NCBI RefSeq assembly: GCF_006345805.1
Contig: NC_043006.1
Span: forward strand, 39,184,001 to 39,248,000
Length of the DNA stretch: 64,000 nt
Direction of reading: 5' to 3'
DNA from: Octopus sinensis
Taxonomy: Eukaryota
Numbering within the stretch: the stretch's first letter is position 1; each line of letters opens with the position of its first letter. Positions 54,440-64,000 of this stretch are shown here, piece after piece. The position numbers and the translations under genes were made by a program. The notes beneath the pieces were generated by a model. That model did not search any database and had not been told where the DNA came from. It saw nothing but the letters and a program-made list of their open reading frames with translations.

Positions 54440-54493
54440 AAAGAGGCAGATCTTTTGTTAAATTTAAAACAAGAGCTTCAACATGTGGAGTAG
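54440..54493 (+). CDS. Putative terminal coding exon (KEADLLLNLKQELQHVE*)
   Basis: 80-nt intron ending TTGTGTCTCTTCAG; phase 0 is compatible with the micro-exon. Confidence 0.33.
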   Translation, partial: KEADLLLNLKQELQHVE

Positions 54494-55573
54494 TTAACCG
54501 TTGCAACCAGCGATAGCTTTATAGTTTTCGCAGGTTAGAAGTTTTGGTTCCAATTTTCATTTGCGACAAAGTAAGATTCAGCCAGCGTTGTATTCCAAAC
54601 TTAATTTTCACCTCTTTCTATCAATCTTGGATTAAGCTCTATTCTCACGTACCCTTGTGGTCCTAAGGGAACCAGCTAGAGCACCTTCCACGGAATATAA
54701 TCAATAACCCACAATATACGGCTATAACAATGAAAGTAACAATTTAAATTTAAGAAATCCTACTCAATATCATTCGTAATTTTCTTTTCGCTTCCTTTTT
54801 TCATATATAATAGTTGACAAGACACCCACCTTCAGCTGTTAGGTCATTATTTCATAGTCGGTTAGATTGCTCGTCTGAAATGAATACAGGTGTGGTTGTG
54901 TTGTTAAAAAGTTTGCTTCAAAATCACGGCATTTCGAGTCTGTTAGCAGAGTGCGGTACAGTGGGTTATAGTATTCTATTGTAGTCAATCGTCGACCGAA
55001 GTTTTAATGGTTGAGATTTCGAGACGAAAATTGCCTGGAAGTCCGCAGGAGAGAACCTTTCTTGTGTTGGGAGCGGTAGATTCAATCCATTTCTAGGTTT
55101 AACGTCATGTCTTGGACTTTTAGTGGAGTTTACCCTATTGTAAGTATTGGAAAAGGGTTTGGGATCAAGGATTTCTTCCCTCTTTCCTTCACCCAATGAT
55201 CGAGAATAGGAAAAATATCATAGGCATTTCCCTTCTCCTACGGTCTAAGTAATGAAAAATAAATGTAAATACAATCTGTCATGTGTTGTTATAATACATC
55301 ATTGTTATAAGATAAATTTGATACGAATTTGAATAGCTAATCAAATTTAACGTTTTCATTCAGATATTGAGCGTTTTGTACGAAATGTCTATTCTCTTAG
55401 GAGAGATTTGATTGATATTTCGAGCAGCTAGATTAACTAAACTGAATACTATAATGTAAGCTAGTTTAAGCGTTATAGTGTTAGTCACTCCCAAGATTAA
55501 TCCGACATAACAGCAAAGTGTTCTAGTTGGGACTATTTATTTTTTCCCAAACACTTGACAGCTTATATATATA

Positions 55574-56384
55574 TCTATATATATATAAAACTCAACTTGT
55601 GTGTCTGTGTGTGTATCTGTGTGTGTGTCTGTGTGTTTAACTTCCCGGCACATATCCTCCTAGCCAACAAATCGTAGAACCACCAAAAATGGGCCACTGA
55701 AAGTTAAGGCGGATGAAAATTGAACTGCGCTATTTCTGTCCCGAAATTCATCTCGCAAGTGCAAAAATCGATAATGTGTTTGTTTAGGCCTTATCCCATG
55801 CATTGAATAGTGAACTTTACTCAGTCAGCTGTTTGACGTGAACTGTGTTCACCACGCGTGCAAGCATGCGTAAATTGCATGAAAAATAAAAAAATCAAGG
55901 TATAAAACGAATCGCCGTAAACATTGTAGAAATTCGGCAAAGAAATGAATTTTCGGTATGTAGCCTGGAGGGTTTTTTCGTATTAATCGTTTGGACTTTG
56001 TGAACACATATCGATTGTTTTCATAACATTTTTAACGCTTTGAATTAAATGTGACCATTTTGCGTTGAGTCTGCAGTTTGAATCACTTTAACCAAATTTT
56101 AGCAGGCCGGATTTTTGATCATCATGATACATCCCCTAAAATCCCCGTTGAGAAATACTGATCTAAAAGAATAATTCAACAATGCAATTATTTGATCAAC
56201 AGAAATTTATGAAACGCTTCTACGTACTTCCTATTGAGGAAATGGAACACATAAGCGCAAAAATAGAGGGCATTAAATGCTTGATTTTAAAACCAAAATA
56301 ATTGAATTTTGATTGAACTTAATCCAAGTTTAGCTTAATTCGCACATGCATAGCACGCACGAGAGTACGAGCCGGGCAATACTG

Positions 56385-56388
<4 letters not shown>
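55574..56388 (+). mobile_element. Non-autonomous Helitron-like element
   Basis: 5' TC(TATATATATATAAAAC), 3' CTAG, inserted between A and T with no TSD; imperfect subterminal hairpin CGCAC-GAGA-GTACG. Confidence 0.55.
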
Positions 56389-56440
<52 letters not shown>

Positions 56441-56466
56441 CACACCACACACACATTATATATATA

Positions 56467-56513
<47 letters not shown>

Positions 56514-56744
56514 TTCGAAGTGAGTAGAGAGTGGTTACTTTGTTCAAGAATGCAGTTTAATGCCAGCTGCAAAACACATACCTATGGATTGGATGTCAAA
56601 ATTATTCCAGGTAGTTGCTAGCAAAATGTACTGTTACACAGAAAATGCGTTATATATAATGCATTTCACAGTGATGACATTCCTCAAATACATTTGTGAT
56701 GCAGTTTCAAATTCTTTCTGGTGCATTCCACTTAACTTCTTACT

Positions 56745-57270
56745 TTCGTAAGTTCTTTGCTCCTTTTGGGGCATAGGTCACAGACGACTTTTCCTTACTG
56801 GTCTCGACTCTTGTCTTCCTTTCCTTCATCTCTCCAGCTGGATTTCTGCTTCCTTGCAGCTTCTTTTCAGATGTTTCTGCACTGCGAAATGTGTTCCTTT
56901 GAAGGAATGCCTTCCCATTTAGGTTTTGTGAGCTTTAAATGGTCATCGACACTTCTATAATGCTGTTTTTTTCTCTAGGAATATTGATGTTGGCCTAACA
57001 CAAACCAATTTTTACCTCTGGTAAAGAAGTGATCCATATTTTTCTGACCTTTGAGCTTTGAACTCTCCAGTATAGGAATCCCTACTAGGAGCTTGTGCTC
57101 TGCTAGCATACATACATCTCAGGGTTATTGTATGGCATACAAACCAGAATACTCCAACAAGGACTGAGCGCTTTCATTCAACTTGCTTTTGCTTCCCTTC
57201 TCACTGGCTTAGTTGACACCTTATTCGCTGCGTTTGTCTTCCTTTCCTTGGAATGCGGCAAAAGCGAACC
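56745..57270 (-). mobile_element. Decayed RTE-like LINE 3' fragment
   Basis: Minus-strand remnants of the RTE C-terminal pattern (W.G.P..., SWR.....SR..W..VV). Confidence 0.4.
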
Positions 57271-57779
57271 AAAACATTCAGGGCCTGGCGTTATGACATT
57301 ACTTCAAAGTTTTTTAATGTCAAATATGATACTTCAATATCAATAAATTGTGACAATATGTGTTATTTGCAATATGAGAAAATTATTGCAATATCATTTA
57401 TTAGAATGCTTTCAATAACTTATGTTGCAATATGTGAAAATAATTCTCTGGATTTATATTACAATATTTGAAATTCATTTCAATGTATGTTATTGCAAAT
57501 GGCGAAACATAATCTTATTTCTAGTGTTTGGAGACAAAAGCTTTGTTCATTTACAGTTTGTTATACTGACAATACCCTAGTGTCTACCATACAAGTGTTG
57601 TCAGATGAACGTTAGTAATATTCCTTTCTAGTATGTTGAGTTCAAAAGTTTTGCAATATTTTAGTAATTTCTTTGGTTTATTTGTCAAGTTGCAACAAAA
57701 GCAGCCAAGTATTGAAAGTAGAGGTTGCAGCATCTGTGGCCTCTTTTCTGCCAGTTCTTCAATCGCATGGTGATACAAG

Positions 57780-58473
57780 TTCTTGTCGTTGGAAGTAAAG
57801 CGCTCCTTCAGTGAAGCTCCCATCAGCTCTTGGTTGATGAAGCATCACGAACACAGGAAGTGAGCCATGGATCGGAACAAGTAATTATCCAAGGGAGATA
57901 AAAATTTCGCATTCTTAACCCGCATAAAGCAGCGGTTAAATAAGGTCCAGCTTCCAGATCCTGTCTTGGAAGATGGATTTTTCGAACACAAGGCAACTCT
58001 TCGCGTCGGGTAGAATTACGAGGAGATAATTCATTACGAGTTCGTTACAGACGGTCGAACCATCCATGCCAAACTGTACTTCGACCAAATGGAACGGAAG
58101 TATGCCATTGTGTGGCAAAAATACCTAGCGTTGCTTAACTTGAGGGGATGGAACTCATGCCACATCCAGTATATAGTCTGAACTTAGCTCCCTAAGATTA
58201 TTGCTTGCTCTGATCCACGGTTCACTTCCTGCGTTCGCGATGGTTCATTAACCAAGAGTCGGTGGAAGCTTCGGTGAGGGATTCTTCACCTTGAAGGAAA
58301 AAGATTATCAGGCGCAGGAGTCGCTGTGTGGTAAGTAGCTTGCTTACCAACTACATGGTTTCGGATTCAGTCCCACTGCATGGAACCTTGGGCAAGTGTC
58401 TTCTACTATAGCCTCGGGCCGACCAAAGCCTTGCGAGTGGATTTCGTAGAAGGAAACAGGAAGAATCCTGTCG

Positions 58474-58564
<91 letters not shown>

Positions 58565-58860
58565 TTTGTTTGTCCCCGAACATCACTTGACAACCGATGC
58601 TAGTGTGTTTACGTCCCCGTCATCTAGCGGTTCGGCAAGAGAGACGATAGAATAAGTACTAGGTTTACAAAGAATAAGTCATGGGGTCGATTTGCTCGAC
58701 TAACAGCAGTGCTGCAGCATGGCCCCAGTCAAATGACTGAAACAAATAAAATAAAAATAAAAGAAGGAAAGCGTGAGATCAAAGAACTTGCAGAAAGATG
58801 GTTTGAGGTGGTCCAACAATATGGCCTCTCCTTTGAATGCTTAGGTACTTGTGATGTAAT
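57780..58860. mobile_element. Mariner transposase remnants on both strands; the + piece is split by a SINE
   Basis: Minus strand: ..YLFRSMAHFL (57830-57900) and FEKSIFQDRIWKL. Plus strand: LAP...VHFLR..NQESVEASV (58180-58310), resuming IKELAERWFEVVQQYGLSFE at ~58775. Confidence 0.55.
58311..58762 (+). mobile_element. SINE family A, full length
   Basis: Head, internal (TA)n(TG)n and tail. Confidence 0.9.
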
Positions 58861-59095
58861 TTTGATGAATAAAATAAAGCCTGGAGAACTGAGCCGGATA
58901 TTAATCGAGTCCATCGTGAGGATGGCTCCACCAAATTCTTTCGCCGAGGATATCGAGGAATTTACTTCAGTTTGGTGATGGTAATGGAACACTGATGAAG
59001 ATCCCTTCAGCCAGGACTTCTTCAAATTCTGCAAGCTTGGTGGGAGAAAAAATATGAGAGAAAAGAGTGGAGAGTGAGTGAGTGAGTGATAAAGT

Positions 59096-59135
<40 letters not shown>

Positions 59136-59454
59136 GAGAGGACAGACAGACAGAGAATTGCTTTTCTTCAATGAATTCATTGAAAGCTGAGTGAACATGG
59201 CATGGTTTACACATGTGACAGGGCCTGCAACCTGCATGGGCCTATAAGCTGGAGAATATAACCGAGGGAAAGAACACATCCCTTAGAAATCAAGGTAGGG
59301 AAAATTCTGTAGGGTCTCTTGATTAGTCCTACGCAGTTATCCTCGTGTTATTTTCCATGCCAGTTTTTCCGTGGTCGATTCAATGTAAAACCCCTACTGT
59401 TTCCATAATTTCTCCTTGTAATGTACACGCAATCGTGGCTCTAGCAGTAAACAA

Positions 59455-59504
<50 letters not shown>

Positions 59505-59569
59505 CATTATTATTATTATTATATTATTATTATTATTATTATTATTATTATCACCATCATTTTAAGGCT

Positions 59570-59750
59570 GTGAGCTGGCAGAATCGTTAGCACACCGGAC
59601 AAAATGCTCAGCGGTATTTCGTCCGTCTTTACGTTCTGAATTCAAATTCCACTGAGGTTGACTTTGCCTTTCATCATTACGGGGTCGATAAATTAAGTAC
59701 CAGTCCCCTTCCCCCAAATTTCAGGCCCTGTGTCTTATAGCAGAAAGGAT
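59570..59750 (+). mobile_element. SINE family B monomer
   Basis: Matches family B. Confidence 0.8.
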
Positions 59751-59756
59751 TATTAT

Positions 59757-60057
59757 TCTATGAAAACTCACAGCTTATTTTGTTAGGTATGATGGAAAGT
59801 ATCAGCTGTCCACAGCCAGCAGTCTAAGGTGACATTTGTTTACTGGTTGTGCTTCAAGAACCCTGCGAAGAATTTTTGCAGTTCCAAGCAATGCTGATTT
59901 TCGTAGGTGTTCTACCTTCACACTTGCACCAATTTTGTTCAGCTATGTTGGTAGTTGAATGCTTAATATTTCCAAGTGCACCAATTACTATTGTTATCAT
60001 GCCTACTCTCTTCATTGACCACAACCTTCGTATTTCCCACTTCAAATCGTCATAGTT
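59757..60057 (-). mobile_element. R4/Dong LINE 3' end, copy 3
   Basis: YDDLKWEIRRLW...IVIGALG...LLGTAKILRRVLE (frameshifted) plus 3' UTR. Confidence 0.75.
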
Positions 60058-60081
60058 GTTTATTATTATTATCATTATTAA

Positions 60082-60121
<40 letters not shown>

Positions 60122-60191
60122 GTTGTTGTTGTTGTTGTTGTTGTTGCTGTTGTTATTATTATCATCATCATCATTATTATTATTGTTATTA

Positions 60192-61183
60192 TTATTATTA
60201 TATTATGTTTGACTTTTGCTTTACATTTGTGCAAGTGGGCTCCAAGTCTCACACAGAGACCACAAGAGACAACAAGTTCATGTCGGTATTATGCCTAGGG
60301 TGCCATATATTTGGTTTTGTAACTAGTGTTGAATTAGAGAATGTTTAAGAAACCATAAGAAAATTATGTGTTTGTTTTAAAACTTGAGATTACATAAAGT
60401 ATTTTGCGTAGGATATGGGCAGTTCCCATGAGCACTATCTTTTGAATTTCTGCCATTTTGGGGGTTGCCTGTTATCTGAGCTAGGTAGCAATCAGCCTCT
60501 TCTGCTATCATTTCCAGGGCACCTATGAAAACAGGTATTGTTTTAGTCTTCAGGTTCAACATTTTTGCTGATTTCTATTTCAAGATCTTTATTTTTGCTC
60601 AATTTTTGGTAAGTCTTGACAGATACGTTTATATCGATTGGGACAGTCATATCAATGAGGAGGCATGATTTTTGTCTGAAGTATTTCAATATGATGTCTG
60701 GCCTATTCGCATCTATCTTTTCTGTCATCCAGAGGAGTGTGATGTGATCATTTTCAAGCACTGGAGGTAGTTTGTGCTCCCACCAGTTTTTACCATGGAG
60801 CAAGTTCAGGTTTTTGTACATTACCCAGTGAATATATTGTGCAGCTCTAACATGCCTGTTGAGATACTCCGTAGGCGCAAGAAGACTGCACTTGGTGACA
60901 ACATGATCAATGGTTTTATTTTATCGTTGACATATACGACATGCTGGGAGGTTGCCGTTCTTTAATATGTTGGCTTGGTAGTTCCTTGTAGGTAGGCATT
61001 GATTTTGGGCTGCTATGATAAACCCTTCTGTTTCAGATTTTAAGCCAGAAGCCATTAGCCATTGATGGGTAAGGGCTTTGTCAACGTCGGCATTATTCGC
61101 TCTCTTAGGGTATTTGCTATTGAGAGGTTTTTCTTGCCATTTATCAGTCAGAATATCTAAGGCAGCAATTTTAGCACGGGTTT
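60192..61183 (-). mobile_element. R4/Dong LINE 3' fragment, copy 2
   Basis: GLKSETEGFIIAAQNQ, CRIC, RPDII, IDMTVP, KDLEIEI, GTAHILRK; 3' UTR ends in (AAT)n. Confidence 0.88.
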
Positions 61184-62744
61184 GAAAGTGTTTTGCGTAG
61201 GATGTGTGCAGTGACCAGTAGTGCAATTTTCTGTATGTTATATGTGTTTGTAAGTCCTGGTGTTTTTGTTATGTATTTGTCTGAATATTTTTTATCATAT
61301 CTAACGCGCCTACTATGATAGGGATTGTTCTGTTTTTAGATTCCACATTCGAGTTACCTCTATTTCCAGGTCTTTGTATTTTGAAAGTTTCTCCATTTCT
61401 TTTAGAGACACGTTGTCATCTGCTGGTATTGATACATCAACTAGAAAGCATTTTCTTTCTTCATGATCTCTGACAAATATATCTTGCCTGTTGGCCTTAA
61501 TTTCTCTATCTATGTGTATTGGCATATCCCAGAGTATGGTTGCTTTCTCGTTTTCTGTGACCTTTTCTGGTGTGTGCGTATACCATCTTTTTTCTGTTGT
61601 TATTCCATAATGTTGGCATAGCTTCCAGTGTATGTAGGTCCCAACTCTGTCGTGTCTGTGAATATATTCCTTCTTAGCCAGGACTGGGCAGCCAGAGATA
61701 ATGTGATTTATTGTTTCTTCTCTATCTCCACATATTCTGCAGTTACTTGTTATGTTTCTTTTCATTATATGTTTTTGGTAATTTCTGGTAGGGAGGCTTT
61801 GGTCTTGTGCTGCAATTAAAAATCCCTCCGTCTCTGCTTTGAGTCCTGAGCTTCTCAACCATTGCTGGGATTTTTCTTTGTCTATTTCTTTTGTATTTAA
61901 CTTAGTCCAGTATTTGCCATCGTTTTATCATGGTCCGTTGCTGTTCTAGTTTTAGTTTGGATTTCATTTGTTTTAAAGCTTTTGTTTCTTCTTCTTCTTC
62001 TTCTTCTTCTTCTTCTTCTTCTTCTCTTCTTCTTCTTCTTCTTCTTCTTCTTCTTCTTCTTCATATTTGTTAGATGGTATGATTTCTTGTTTGTATTTGT
62101 CAGCTTCCTTAAATACTGAGAACAGATTTTTGTTTTGCTCGTGTTTTGCCGCTAGTTGTATCAGTTTTCCTTGCTTCTGAAGTAGATATTTTTTCAGTCC
62201 TCTGGTGGTTATTTTATAATAGTTTTCCAGCTGTATAAGGCCTCTGCCACATTCTATACGTTGTATATATAGCCTTTCTATGTCAGATTTTGGGTGATGC
62301 ATCCTAGATCCTGTTATTATTTTTCTTATTTTCCTATCTATTTTGGTTAGTTCGTTTAGTGTCCAGTTAAGGATATTGTAGCTGCAACTTATAACTGGGA
62401 CGACTAAAGTGTTAATACCTATTATCTTGTTTTTAGCATTGAGCTCTGTTTTTAGTATTGATCTCACTCATCTATAGTATTATTTCTTTATTTTCTTTTT
62501 CATTTGTGTGTGTTGTTTATTATCTAGTTCATGGATGCCTAAATAGTTGTAAGTTTGGCTTTGGTTTAATTCTCTTATTCCATTGGCTTTATCTAGTGTG
62601 ATGTTGCTACTCTTAAATAGTTTCCCTCTTTTTAGGGTTACTTTGGCGCATTTTTCTAATCCAAATTTCATATCTATTTCTTTGGTAAATCCATGAACTG
62701 CCTGTAGTAGTGTTTCCAGCTGTTTGTCATTTGGAGCGTATAGC

Positions 62745-62746
<2 letters not shown>
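61184..62746 (-). mobile_element. R4/Dong LINE, copy 1 (RT C-terminus, CCHC, RLE), 5'-truncated, with a (CTT)n expansion inside the ORF
   Basis: KFGLEKCA, HPKSDIERLY, GLKAETEGFLIAAQDQ, CRICG...HIISGC, RHDRV, VDVSIP, EKLSKYKDL, TAHILRKTL. Confidence 0.92.
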
Positions 62747-62794
<48 letters not shown>

Positions 62795-62799
62795 TATTA

Positions 62800-63010
62800 T
62801 TAAGGCGGGCATCAGGTAGAATCGTTTACGCGATGGGCAAAATGCTTAACGGCTTTTCGTCCGTCTTTACGTTGTAAGTTCAGATTCCGCCGAGGTTGAC
62901 TTTGCCTATCATCCTTTCGGGTTTCGATAAAATAAGTACCAGTTGAATACTGAGGTCGACGTAATCGACTCATTCCCTCCCCCGAAATAACTGGCCTTTT
63001 GTAAAATTTG
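62800..63010 (+). mobile_element. SINE family B monomer
   Basis: Matches family B. Confidence 0.8.
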
Positions 63011-63589
63011 AAACCATTATTACTATTATTATTGTTGTTGTTGTCGTTGCTGTCGTCGTCTGCTGATCTCTTCAGACTATTCTGAATTCGATTTTCAAAA
63101 CTTTGCATCATGTACAAATGCTTAAAGTGTTATTCGTTTTGAATTTATAATCAAACGGGAGCCTTCGGAGAATTTGAAATTCTGCTTAACTGAGTCGCAG
63201 ACTAAGTTTTGGTTTCAGGCAATTTATGCATTTTGTTTTTTCTTATTTGTTTACACGATTGTACAGAAACTGTTGTGAAACATTTTAAAAGCGCCGCCTC
63301 AAATGTAAATAACCGAAAATGATGATAAAGTCCCTTCGGCCAAGCCTTCTTCACCTCCTGCAAGTTATGGCGAGAAAAGAAATCGAGAGGAAGGAAAGAG
63401 AGAGATGGAGAGAGAGAAAGGGGGGAGGGAGAATGCGAAAGAGAGAAGATTAGAGAGAGGGGGGAGAGGGAGCGAGGGAGAGACAAACCATACAAGAGAT
63501 GCGCAAGTATATTGTGCGACAAAATAAACACATTTTAAAAGAAAAGAAGATTTCTCTGTCAGTAATTGTTCTAGCATTAAAGCGATAAG

Positions 63590-63760
63590 CAAAAAGAATC
63601 GTTAGCCCATCAGGGCAAAATGTTTAGCGCTATTTTGTCCGTCTTTACATTCAGAGTTCAAATTCCAACGTGGTCGACTTTGCCTTTTATCCTTAGAGAT
63701 CAATAGAATAAGTACTAGTTGATCACTGAGGTCGATGTAATCGATTTTCCCACCGCTCGA
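63590..63760 (+). mobile_element. SINE family B monomer, diverged
   Basis: Matches family B. Confidence 0.72.
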
Positions 63761-64000
63761 AATAATTGATCGTCCAGGAGAAATGAACAATGGTAGTAGC
63801 ATAAAACTGCAAGCGAAGTTTTGGAAATAACTTCAAGAGTATCACACACCCGGAAGCTTTGCCAAGTTAAAATAACGATAGAGATTTATGCGAAGTAACT
63901 GTTTTGGCTTTTACGCACATAACTTTCAAAAGACAAACTGTAAACACGCAATAGTAGTGTGAAACAAAAAGAAGACTGCATGGCAGTAATGCGTGACAAA

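Noticed and set aside
54339-54493. Alternative frame EKFKDERESIIHSLY*CKGFW... with a TAG that A-to-I editing could recode
   Set aside because: An 80-nt GT-AG intron explains the region more simply, and no evidence of editing is available.
57916-57940. TTAA-CCCGC...GCGG-TTAA mini piggyBac-like footprint
   Set aside because: Too short to distinguish from chance.

Overview
Repeat-dense, AT-rich animal genomic DNA. It is most likely a coleoid cephalopod (Octopus-like); this is an inference from the tRNA-derived SINE families, the R4/Dong and Tx1 LINEs and the extreme microsatellite load. Nearly all listed ORFs are microsatellite artefacts. Recognisable coding sequence is limited to retroelement and transposon remnants: a 5'-truncated Tx1/L1-clade LINE (23597-26180), three stacked R4/Dong LINE fragments (59757-62746), and older R4-like, CR1-like, RTE-like and mariner pieces. 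There is also a tentative, unidentified chain of five phase-compatible exons on the + strand (46947-54493). The most striking observation is a set of non-coding elements carrying hammerhead-ribozyme (HHR) motifs, each arranged as a divergent inverted pair typical of Penelope-like (PLE) mobilisation. (1) A 474-478 bp tandem array with a fold-back (15651-17408) holds three type I HHRs and sits at a (TA)n site inside a SINE, resembling a retrozyme. (2) A tRNA-headed SINE has an HHR in its 3' tail and an inverted tail copy, with an 8-bp TSD (35600-36074). (3) A smaller decayed inverted HHR pair lies at 46524-46798. Different retroelement clades occupy different microsatellites: Tx1 in (ATCT)n, Dong in (TAA)n, and two of the HHR elements at (TA)n. 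All calls were made by eye, without database searches or folding software.
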